The position numbers and the translations under genes were made by a program. Shown piece by piece: positions 46,446 to 54,842 of a DNA stretch of 64,000 nt (positions within the stretch are counted from its first letter, which is position 1; each line of letters opens with the position of its first letter). The notes under the pieces were generated by a model that was given only the letters and a program-made list of their open reading frames with translations, ran no database searches and was not told the origin of the DNA. The stretch is taken from assembly GCA_964446585.1 (NCBI GenBank), contig CAYUPI010000005.1, positions 12,593 through 76,592 on the forward strand, in the 5' to 3' direction. Origin of the DNA: an uncultured Verrucomicrobiota bacterium (GTDB lineage Bacteria > Verrucomicrobiota > Verrucomicrobiia > Limisphaerales > UBA8199).

Positions 46446-47510
46446 TCAATGGTTTAGCGGCTCACCCGCGAAGAGCTCGGCCGAATCAGCGACCGACTTG
46501 AACGGTTTGCCGTTGACAGATATCGCCCGATAGAACTCCGCCAGGCTTTGCGTTGAAGGCGTCAGCCCCTCGGCCCCGATGGCAGTCAGGATGCGCTCTT
46601 CAGTCATGATAAACCGGTCGCGTTTGTAGAGCAGATAATCGTTCCGGAACTCCGTGGGAGTCAGATTGATCGTGACCAGGTTCGCACCGGTGCGCAGACC
46701 GCGGCGATATCCGTTGCCAGGTTCAGCCAGGTTCAGCGCGCTAATGGAGGGAATCACCCAATGCGGCCGCATCAGACGCAAGGCCGCCATGGAATTTAGC
46801 GTCAGGTCAATGTCGGACATCGGCGCGTTGGCCAGCGGGGTCTCGTCGCCGGGAATGAAGGGGCTGACGCTGATTCCAGTCAACGGCAACTCGGCGGCGA
46901 GCGAGAAATTGGAGAGCAGTTCTTGATCGGTTTGGCCAGGCAGCCCGGCGATAAAGCCGGAGCTCAGGTTCCAACCCGCGTCGGCGAGGTGACGAATGTG
47001 TGCGATGCGCTTCTCGAACGTGGCGGGCGACTGCAACTCGGCGTAACGGGCCGGGTCAGCCGTTTCGAACTTCATGATATAAAGCGTGGCACCGGCTTCC
47101 TTCAGGTCGGCGTAGAGACTGTAGTCGAGTGTTCCCAGGCAAACGCTGACTCCCAGTCGGGTTTGCTTCCGCAAAGTCCGGATGAGGGGCAGGGCCACCT
47201 GGCGCACGGCCACGGGGTCTTCGCCCGCCTGGATATTGACATCGGTGACGCTCGCCGGTCGATGGTGGACGAGCAATTCCGCCAGTTGCTCATGCTGCGC
47301 GCGGAACCGGTGCAATCCCCGGTTGCTCCGCCGCATTCCGCAATAGACACAATTCTCCCGGCAATAATTGGAGATCTCCACGACCGCGCGCACGAATACG
47401 TCGCGGCCAAACCGCGAGCGGGCGACGCTCACGGCCTGTTCATGAAAGACTCTCTGTGCTTCCCCCTTGGCGTAAAGCAACTCAAGGGTCGGCCGAAAAC
47501 TATCGGTCAT
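46446..47510 (-). CDS. Radical SAM enzyme of the BioB/HydE/PylB-like subfamily
   Basis: 354 aa. The CxxxCxxC cluster (EISNYCRENCVYCGMRRSN) sits in the HydE/BioB-type context, and the rest is TIM-barrel-like (GVSVCLGTL, YIMKFETAD, SSGFIAGLPGQT). Confidence 0.85.
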   Translation of the reverse strand: MTDSFRPTLELLYAKGEAQRVFHEQAVSVARSRFGRDVFVRAVVEISNYCRENCVYCGMRRSNRGLHRFRAQHEQLAELLVHHRPASVTDVNIQAGEDPVAVRQVALPLIRTLRKQTRLGVSVCLGTLDYSLYADLKEAGATLYIMKFETADPARYAELQSPATFEKRIAHIRHLADAGWNLSSGFIAGLPGQTDQELLSNFSLAAELPLTGISVSPFIPGDETPLANAPMSDIDLTLNSMAALRLMRPHWVIPSISALNLAEPGNGYRRGLRTGANLVTINLTPTEFRNDYLLYKRDRFIMTEERILTAIGAEGLTPSTQSLAEFYRAISVNGKPFKSVADSAELFAGEPLNH

Positions 47511-47565
47511 CCGTTGAAACTAATAGCCGAATGGAGTCAGCGCAAACGAAAACGTGGCCGCGACT

Positions 47566-47880
47566 AGAAGGCCGAAGGCCGAAATCCGAAGACCGAAGAA
47601 AGCTCGAAACCCGAATGCCGAAATCCGACCCGCCCTCCGTAGCGCCAGAGCATGCCGTGAAGCCTCCGCGCGCGAGAATGCCTTCGTTTCCAACAGTGGC
47701 CCGGGCACCGATACTGCGGAGGGTGGAAGGAAATCCGAATGACGAAGCCCAAATGGTGGATTGCAAATTGCGAGAGCAGGAGAAAAGCTCAAGTCTGGAT
47801 CCTGTTCGGTCGGTGCTGACTATCGGCGCCCGCCGTTCGGACTTCCTTTAGGCTTCGGATTTCTTTCGAGCTTCTTTGCG
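47566..47880. repeat. MITE-like element with GAAATCCGAA-rich inverted arms
   Basis: The left arm is agaaggccgaaggccgaaatccgaagaccgaagaaagctcgaaacccgaatgccgaaatccgacc. The right arm, gcgcccgccgttcggacttcctttaggcttcggatttctttcgagcttctttgcg, is an approximate reverse complement. The central copy is ggaaggaaatccgaatgacgaagccc. Confidence 0.65.
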
Positions 47881-47915
47881 CTTGGCTGGAATTGCGATTG
47901 CCCTAGCTTTTCGAG

Positions 47916-48617
47916 ATGGATTGGCCCTCCCAATGCGCCGCCGTAATTCCTTGCTTCAACGAAGAGGTGGCGATTGGCTCAGTGGTGGCGGCAACGCGCC
48001 GGTTCCTGCCCATGGTGCTGGTGGTCGATGATGGCTCGACAGATCAATCGGCTTCACGCGCGGAAGAGGCCGGGGCAGTGACGTTGAGACATGGCCTCAA
48101 TCGCGGTAAGGGTGAGGCGCTGCAAAGCGGATGGCAGTGGGCGCGAGAGCGGGGTTCCGCATGGGCCATGACTCTCGATGGAGACGGCCAGCATTCACCC
48201 GAGGACATTCCGACTTTCCTGCGTTGCGCGGAGCAGAGCTCGGCGGCGCTGGTAGTTGGGAATCGAATGAATTCAGCGGCGCAAATGCCCTGGGTGCGCC
48301 GTCTCGTCAATCGCTGGATGAGCCGGCGACTCTCTCACCTGGCAGGTCGGCTATTGCCGGACTCGCAATGCGGTTTCCGGCTGATGAATCTGGAGACCTG
48401 GTCAGCGCTGCCGATTCGCGCTTCCCGATTCGAGATCGAGTCGGAGGTGCTGCTTGCGTTTGTGCTCGCGGGACATTCTGTTGAATTTATCCCGATTCGC
48501 GTCCTGTACCGGTCGGAGCGAAGCAAGATTCATCCGCTGTGGGACACGCTGCGCTGGTTCCGGTGGTGGAAGCGGGCGCGTCGGAGAGCGACCGTCCCCG
48601 GGCGCAGGCACGCGTAA
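47916..48617 (+). CDS. Glycosyltransferase family 2 (polyprenyl-phosphate glycosyltransferase-like)
   Basis: 233 aa. GT2 motifs are present: AAVIPCFNEE, VVDDGSTDQS, NRGKGEAL and LDGDGQH. Confidence 0.85.
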   Translation: MDWPSQCAAVIPCFNEEVAIGSVVAATRRFLPMVLVVDDGSTDQSASRAEEAGAVTLRHGLNRGKGEALQSGWQWARERGSAWAMTLDGDGQHSPEDIPTFLRCAEQSSAALVVGNRMNSAAQMPWVRRLVNRWMSRRLSHLAGRLLPDSQCGFRLMNLETWSALPIRASRFEIESEVLLAFVLAGHSVEFIPIRVLYRSERSKIHPLWDTLRWFRWWKRARRRATVPGRRHA

Positions 48618-48747
48618 CGGGTTGCAGCACTGTAAGAATCTCTATACGCACAGTTGCATGAGAATCGCTGCGCCCGGGGACGAGCGCACTCCGCCGGAAA
48701 CGCGGGCGAGCTCATATTCGACTTGCCTCAGGCACCGTCCCAAAAAC

Positions 48748-49149
48748 ATGCTCTTACTCGAGTCAACCATGAGGGAAAACGAAATGCGAGCGGCCCTGCT
48801 GCGCCGGTGGCGGAGAATTTTGTCGCGGCTAGTTTTCTATTTGTTGCTGGCGACCGCGATTGGGTGGACGCTGAATCGCATCGGGAAGTCGATGCAACGC
48901 AGTCCGCGCGCGGCCGGTTTCGGGCGCGGGCTCATCCAGGGCGCGCTAATGCCGATGGCCATGCCCAATCTGCTCGTGGGCAACGATGTGGCGATCTATT
49001 CTCAGAATAACACTGGCCTGACCTACAAACTCGGTTACACGGTTGGCGTAAACGCCTGTGGCGCCATCTTTTTTGGATTTTTTTTCTGGCGCGTCCGCCG
49101 TTGGCGGAACGAAGCTTTTCCTAAGAGCCCTGTTGGAAAATCCCTTTGA
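48748..49149 (+). CDS. Small hypothetical membrane protein
   Basis: This is the internal Met of ORF 48454..49149. There are two or three hydrophobic segments (LVFYLLLATAIGWTL, GALMPMAMPNLLV, ACGAIFFGFFFW). No family was recognised. Confidence 0.45.
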   Translation: MLLLESTMRENEMRAALLRRWRRILSRLVFYLLLATAIGWTLNRIGKSMQRSPRAAGFGRGLIQGALMPMAMPNLLVGNDVAIYSQNNTGLTYKLGYTVGVNACGAIFFGFFFWRVRRWRNEAFPKSPVGKSL

Positions 49150-49150
49150 G

Positions 49151-49244
49151 TGTAGGAGCCGACGTTGGAAGGCTCACTTCAAATGCGGAGTGAGGAGTGA
49201 GGAGTGCGGAATTAGATCAGAGCCTCCTGACGTCCGCTGCTACA
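49151..49244. repeat. Hairpin repeat (GTAGNAGCCGACGTNGGAGGCTCA arms) between convergent genes; possible bidirectional terminator
   Basis: The arms are tgtaggagccgacgttggaaggctca (49151-49176) and gagcctcctgacgtccgctgctaca (49220-49244). It is the same family as 55421..55502. Confidence 0.75.
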
Positions 49245-49263
49245 AGTTTACGCGAAAAAGGAA

Positions 49264-52026
49264 TCAGCCCTCCAGTGCGCGGAGCGATGCCAGCAGGTGG
49301 TCCTTCTTGGCCTGCCACTCCGCGAGCCGGCTCTGATGTTCCGCGAGCACATTCGCGGGCACCTTCTGGATGAAGTTTGGGTTCGCTAGCTTTTGTTCTT
49401 CTTTCGTGATTTCCGTGTCGGCCTTTTCCAATTCCTTCTTGAGTCGTGCTTTCTCGGCTTCCACGTCAACCAGGCCTTCCAGGGGGAGGTACAACTCACC
49501 CAGGCTCGAATGAACTGCAGGCGTGCCTTTCTTCGCCTCGTAATTGGGTTCGACTACCAGCTTTTCCGCGTTGAGCAGGAGCTTCAGCACGTCCACGTCA
49601 TGCTGCGAGATGCCATTGAGCGACTTGAGGATGAAAATCACTTTCTTGTTAGCCGGAATTTTTGCCTCGCGTCGGAGGTTGCGGCCTTGGGTCACGAGTT
49701 CGTATTTCGCATCGACCATCTCCAGATAGCAATCGTCCAGCCCGTAGTGTCCGCGAATGTCTTCATCAAGCGGCTTGGGCCAGGGCGCAAACAGAATGGT
49801 CTTGCCCCCCTGAGCTTCCGGCATGTCCTTGGCGTAACCCATCCCGTGCCACAGCTCCTCGGTGATAAACGGAAGGAAAGGATGGAATAAACGCAGCGTG
49901 TGCGAGAGCACGAAGTCGATTACCGCCAGAGCGTTGGAACGTGCTGCAGATTGGGACGTTGGAGCGTTGGAGCGTTGGAGCGTTGAAGCGTGGTCCGGTT
50001 CAACGGTTTGACGGTTTAACGATTCAACGGGCTTTGCGAGGACTGCCTTGCTCGCTTCGACGTACCAGTCGCAGTATTCGCTCCAGAAAAAGCGGTAGAG
50101 GGTCTGCGTAGCTTCGTTGAAGCGATACTCGGCGAACGACGTGGTGATTTCACGGATGGCGCTGTCGAGCTTGAGCAGAATCCACTTGTCGTCGGTGCTG
50201 AGCAGCGTGCGGTCGATTTCTCCTTGGACCTCGCCGCCTTGCATTTGTCGGAAACGGCAGGCGTTCCAGAGCTTGTTGCAGAAGTTGCGGCCCAGTTCGA
50301 CGTCCTTTTCGTCGAACATAACATCCTGGCCCAACGGCGCGCTGCGCATGGTGCCGAAGCGCACCGCGTCGCCGCCGTATTTGGCGATGAGATCGAGGGG
50401 ATCGGGGGAGTTGCCGAGGCTCTTGCTCATCTTGCGGCCGATTTTATCGCGGATGATGCCGGTGAAATAAACGTTCCGGAAAGGCAGGTTCCCCATGTAT
50501 TCGTAACCGGCCATGATCATGCGGGCAACCCAGAAGAAAATGATCTCCGGCGCGGTGACCAGATCGGTCGTGGGATAGAATTTCTTGAGAGTCTCGGTTT
50601 GCTGCGGCCAGCCCATCGTGGCGAAGGGCCACAGCCAGGAACTGGCCCAGGTGTCGAGGACGTCGGGGTCTTGCTCCCAACCCGGACCGGGACACTCGAT
50701 CTGGCAACGTGCGTTTTCGGGCGCCGCGGGATCGGCGGTGGAGCTTCGGTTGTACCACACCGGCACGCGGTGCCCCCACCAAAGCTGGCGACTGATGCAC
50801 CAGTCCCTCAAGTTGTGCATCCAGTGGGTGTACGTCTTGGTCCATCGTTCGGGATGAAATTGGATCCGGCCTTCTTCCACGGCTTTCGTTGAAGCCTCGA
50901 CGCTCGGATATCTCATGAACCATTGCTCGCTCAGATACGGCTCGATGGGGACATGGCTGCGCTGGCTATAACCGACGCTGTGGACGTAATCCTCAATTTT
51001 GAACATGAGCCTTTGTTCGCTCAGTTCCTCGATGACCGCTTTGCGCGCTTCCATGCGATCGAGGCCAGCGAAATCTTCTCCGGCCTCGGTGGTCATTGTG
51101 CCATCGGGTGCGATCACCACGGTCACCGGGAGCTTGTGGCGGAGCCCCATCTCATAATCGTTCGGATCGTGGGCGGGGGTGACTTTGACGCAGCCTGTGC
51201 CGAATTTTGGATCAACGAAATCATCCGCAATGATGGGAATAGGTTTGTTTTGGAGGGGCAGGAGGCAACGGCGGCCAACTAGTTTCGCATACCGCGGGTC
51301 TCTTGGATTCACCGCCACCGCTTCGTCGCCGAGCATGGTTTCGGGGCGAGTGGTTGCGACGACAACAAACTCATCAGGCCTGGGCTGGCCTTTGTCGTCG
51401 AGGAGAGGATACTTGAGATGCCAGAGCTGGCCTTTCTCCTCGATCATATCCACTTCCTCGTCAGACAATGCTGTTCGAGCGGCTGGGTCCCAATTGACCA
51501 TTCTCTTACCGCGATAAATCGTCCCTTTTTTGTAAAGATCGACGAAGACGCTCTGGACGCATTTGGAGTATTCCGGGTCCATCGTGAAGCGTTCGCGGCT
51601 CCAATCGCACGAGCAGCCGAGTTTCTTGAGCTGCTGAATTATGATGCCGCCGTGCTTTTCCTTCCAGGCCCAGACGTGTTCAAGAAACTTTTCGCGGCCG
51701 AGATCATCGCGGTGCTTCATCACGCGCTCTTTGCGGAGCGCCTTTTCGACGACTGCCTGGGTCGCAATCCCGGCATGGTCGGTGCCAGGCAGCCACAACA
51801 CTTCTTTTCCGTCCATGCGGGCCTTGCGGGCCAGGATGTCCTGGATGGTGTTGTTGAGGACATGGCCCATGTGCAATTGGCCGGTGACGTTCGGCGGCGG
51901 GATGACGATCGAATAGGCGGGCTTGGGTGAGTTGGGATCGGCGACGAAACACTTCTGGTCGAGCCAGAACTGGTACCATTTTTCTTCTACGGCCTGTGGT
52001 TCGTAGGCCTTGGGGATCTCAGACAT
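49264..52026 (-). CDS. valS: Valine--tRNA ligase
   Basis: 920 aa. It starts MSEIPKAYEPQAVEEKWYQFW, has the HIGH-type motif (PPPNVTGQLHMGH), the KMSKS motif (KMSKSLGN) and a C-terminal coiled coil. It carries an in-frame repeat-derived insertion at about 49930..50035. Confidence 0.95.
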   Translation of the reverse strand: MSEIPKAYEPQAVEEKWYQFWLDQKCFVADPNSPKPAYSIVIPPPNVTGQLHMGHVLNNTIQDILARKARMDGKEVLWLPGTDHAGIATQAVVEKALRKERVMKHRDDLGREKFLEHVWAWKEKHGGIIIQQLKKLGCSCDWSRERFTMDPEYSKCVQSVFVDLYKKGTIYRGKRMVNWDPAARTALSDEEVDMIEEKGQLWHLKYPLLDDKGQPRPDEFVVVATTRPETMLGDEAVAVNPRDPRYAKLVGRRCLLPLQNKPIPIIADDFVDPKFGTGCVKVTPAHDPNDYEMGLRHKLPVTVVIAPDGTMTTEAGEDFAGLDRMEARKAVIEELSEQRLMFKIEDYVHSVGYSQRSHVPIEPYLSEQWFMRYPSVEASTKAVEEGRIQFHPERWTKTYTHWMHNLRDWCISRQLWWGHRVPVWYNRSSTADPAAPENARCQIECPGPGWEQDPDVLDTWASSWLWPFATMGWPQQTETLKKFYPTTDLVTAPEIIFFWVARMIMAGYEYMGNLPFRNVYFTGIIRDKIGRKMSKSLGNSPDPLDLIAKYGGDAVRFGTMRSAPLGQDVMFDEKDVELGRNFCNKLWNACRFRQMQGGEVQGEIDRTLLSTDDKWILLKLDSAIREITTSFAEYRFNEATQTLYRFFWSEYCDWYVEASKAVLAKPVESLNRQTVEPDHASTLQRSNAPTSQSAARSNALAVIDFVLSHTLRLFHPFLPFITEELWHGMGYAKDMPEAQGGKTILFAPWPKPLDEDIRGHYGLDDCYLEMVDAKYELVTQGRNLRREAKIPANKKVIFILKSLNGISQHDVDVLKLLLNAEKLVVEPNYEAKKGTPAVHSSLGELYLPLEGLVDVEAEKARLKKELEKADTEITKEEQKLANPNFIQKVPANVLAEHQSRLAEWQAKKDHLLASLRALEG

Positions 52027-52027
52027 A

Positions 52028-53587
52028 TCACTTGCTCATCAGGGCATATTCCATGCTGTCAACGAGTGCCTGCAGGGAGGCGGTGATGATGTTCTCGCTG
52101 ACGCCGACCGTGCCCCACTCGCGTTTGCCATCGCTGGTGGTTATCAGCACGCGGGTTTTCGCTGCGCTGCCGGTTGCGGTGTCGATAATGCGCACCTTGT
52201 AGTCAATGAGCTTCAACTTTTCGAGTTGTGGAAAGAATTTGGAAAGCGCCAGCCGTAATGCGCCATCCAGCGCATTCACCGGGCCATCTCCATCGGCCAC
52301 GGTGTGGGCGGAGCGGCCTTTGACGCCCACCTTGATCGTGGCCTCACAAACGGAGCTATCGCCATTCCCACGCATGGAAACATGATAGGCCTCGACGGTG
52401 AAGGGGAGTTCCCGATGTTGCAGGTGCTTGCGGATCAGGAGCGCCAGGGACGCCTCCGCGGCCTCGAATTCAACTCCCTCGCTCTCTAGTTGTTTGATGC
52501 GGTTGAGGATCGTCTTGAGTTCCGCGGTGTCGGCGTGGAGCTGGAAGCCCAGCTCCCTGGCCTTCGCGAGTATATTGCTGCGGCCGGACATGTCGCTGAC
52601 CAGCACACGCCGCGCATTTCCGACCGCGGCCGGGTCGATGTGCTCGTAAGTGCTGGCCGCCCGCCCCACGGCGTGCGCATGCATGCCGCCTTTGTGAGCG
52701 AAGGCGGTGGCACCGACCCACGGCTGGCGCGGGTCGGGTTGGAAGTTGGCGATTTCGTCCACGAAATGCGACAACTCACGCAGCTTGGGCAGCGATTTCG
52801 CTGGCACACAGGCTTTTCCCATTTTCAAGACCAGCACCGGAATGACGCTGGTCAGGTTGCAGTTGCCCGTGCGTTCGCCGTATCCGTTGATGGTTCCCTG
52901 GACCTGGCTGGCGCCTGCCTCGACGGCGGCGATGGCGTTCGCGACGCCGAGGCCGCAATCGTTGTGTGTGTGGATGCCGATGGGCGCGCTCAACTTTGTT
53001 TTAGCGACGCCGACGATGCGTGCGATTTCGGACGGAAGGCAGCCGCCGTTGGTGTCGCAGAGCACGATGGTGTCCGCTCCCGCCGTTTGCGCCGCCCGCC
53101 ACGTAGCCAAGGCGTAGTCCGGGTCGTTCTTGTAGCCGTCGAATGAATGCTCGGCGTCGTAGAACACTGTCTTCCGGCGATCTTTCAAAAATCGGATGCT
53201 ATCGGCGATCATCGCCAGGTTTTCGTCGGGCGTTGCGCGCAGCACCTCGGTGACGTGCAGCAGCCAGGTTTTCCCGACGATAGTGATCACGGGTGTTTCC
53301 GCCTCGAGGAGCCTGAGCATTTGTTCATCCCGATCGACGGTAACGCCCTTGCGCCGGGTCATGCTGAAGGCGGCGAGCTTCGCGGTTTTGTAGTTTCGAC
53401 GGCGGGCGATCTCGAAAAACTCCAGGTCCTTCATGTTCGACCCCGGCCAGCCGCCCTCGATGTAGTGAATCCCGAAAGCGTCCAGCTTCTCGGCGATGCG
53501 GAGCTTGTCCATCACCGAAAAATTGACGCCCTCGCCCTGGCTGCCGTCGCGCAGGGTCGTATCGTACAGTTCGACTTCGGATTTCAT
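52028..53587 (-). CDS. cimA: Citramalate synthase (LeuA/CimA family, long form)
   Basis: The product begins MKSEVELYDTTLRDGSQGEGVNFSVMDKLRIAEKLDAFGIHYIEGGWPGSN and includes HTHNDCGLGVANA. An ATG at 53587 follows a GGGAG Shine-Dalgarno sequence. The stop lies 1 nt before the valS start, an operon arrangement. Confidence 0.85.
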   Translation of the reverse strand: MKSEVELYDTTLRDGSQGEGVNFSVMDKLRIAEKLDAFGIHYIEGGWPGSNMKDLEFFEIARRRNYKTAKLAAFSMTRRKGVTVDRDEQMLRLLEAETPVITIVGKTWLLHVTEVLRATPDENLAMIADSIRFLKDRRKTVFYDAEHSFDGYKNDPDYALATWRAAQTAGADTIVLCDTNGGCLPSEIARIVGVAKTKLSAPIGIHTHNDCGLGVANAIAAVEAGASQVQGTINGYGERTGNCNLTSVIPVLVLKMGKACVPAKSLPKLRELSHFVDEIANFQPDPRQPWVGATAFAHKGGMHAHAVGRAASTYEHIDPAAVGNARRVLVSDMSGRSNILAKARELGFQLHADTAELKTILNRIKQLESEGVEFEAAEASLALLIRKHLQHRELPFTVEAYHVSMRGNGDSSVCEATIKVGVKGRSAHTVADGDGPVNALDGALRLALSKFFPQLEKLKLIDYKVRIIDTATGSAAKTRVLITTSDGKREWGTVGVSENIITASLQALVDSMEYALMSK

Positions 53588-53810
53588 CACAACTCCCGCA
53601 GAAGCGGGAAGAAGTATTTAGGCTAAATCGCGCTGCCTGCAAAGTCCAAAGGCGAGGTCCCTGTGGGGCAAGGCGCGCGGGGGCGGCCACCAGCTCGCTG
53701 AAAGTCTCCTTGACAGAATCAGGGACTACGGTACTGTACAAAACTAAGCCACGAATGCAGGGGCGGCTTTCGTGGAGAAAATCTGGCCGGGTTAATGCTT
53801 CATTTGAGTT

Positions 53811-54677
53811 ATGAAAAAGAGCCTGGAGAGCTTTTGGAAACCGGCGCCCCGCGCTGCCGGTGCGTTTACGCTAATCGAGCTGTTGGTGGTCATTGCCATT
53901 ATCGCCATCCTCGCCGCCATGCTGCTGCCGGCGCTGAGCAAAGCACGGCTGAAGGCCCAGGGGATCCAATGCATGAGCAACGGCCGCCAGGTGACACTGG
54001 CTTGGCGCATGTACACCGAGGATCATAACGACAAACTGCTCTATGCCAGCGGCGATGCCCAAACCTTCGCCAATGACCCGGAAACCTGGATGACGGGCGG
54101 CTTGGATTTCAGCCCGGGAAACCGATCTAACTGGGACATCAACCAGGACATTACCAAGAGTCCGATGTGGCCCTATTGCGGCAAAAATCCCGGGATATTC
54201 AAGTGTCCCGCCGACAAGTCTTTTGTCACTGTCAACGGAGAGAATAAACCTCGGGTGCGCAGCATCGCGATGAACCTCTTCCTGGGCGGGTTTCACGGGG
54301 AGAACCCCGACAGCAAATACCTCCTTTACCTTAAATATGCCCAATTGGCGAATCCGGGCGCGGTCAAGGTCTTCGTGTTTATCGATGAGCGTGAGGACGC
54401 GATCAACTGGGGCAATTTTGGGACGGACATGACCGGCTATCAACCGCCCTCCCCGGCGAGCTACAACTGGCTGGATCTACCGGCTTCGTATCACGGCAAG
54501 GCAGGCGGCCTTTCCTTTGCCGACGGCCACGCTGAGATCCATCGCTGGCGAGATCCTCGTACCATGCCCCCGCTGATTACTGGCGGGCTGACTTTCAACG
54601 GCTATTCAGCGATTCCCAGCCCGCGCAACCAGGATGTCGCCTGGATGCAAGATCGTACCACCCGGCCCGCCCATTAG
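53811..54677 (+). CDS. Prepilin-type N-terminal cleavage/methylation domain protein of the H-X9-DG (DUF1559-like) class
   Basis: 288 aa. It has [29 protein letters not shown] and the C-terminal H-X9-DG motif ([14 protein letters not shown]). Confidence 0.9.
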   Translation: MKKSLESFWKPAPRAAGAFTLIELLVVIAIIAILAAMLLPALSKARLKAQGIQCMSNGRQVTLAWRMYTEDHNDKLLYASGDAQTFANDPETWMTGGLDFSPGNRSNWDINQDITKSPMWPYCGKNPGIFKCPADKSFVTVNGENKPRVRSIAMNLFLGGFHGENPDSKYLLYLKYAQLANPGAVKVFVFIDEREDAINWGNFGTDMTGYQPPSPASYNWLDLPASYHGKAGGLSFADGHAEIHRWRDPRTMPPLITGGLTFNGYSAIPSPRNQDVAWMQDRTTRPAH

Positions 54678-54842
54678 ATCTTCTGTCTGCCCGGCAGAGG
54701 CCTCGCAGTAGGCCGGAATGCAGAAGACGTAGCCGCCGGAGTGAGGAGGCAGGTTTCTGTTGGCAATACAGTGCCGACCCCCTTCAACTACAACGAGGGC
54801 TCTAGATTCTCCAGCGCCTTCTGCGTACGATGCTGCGCGGCC

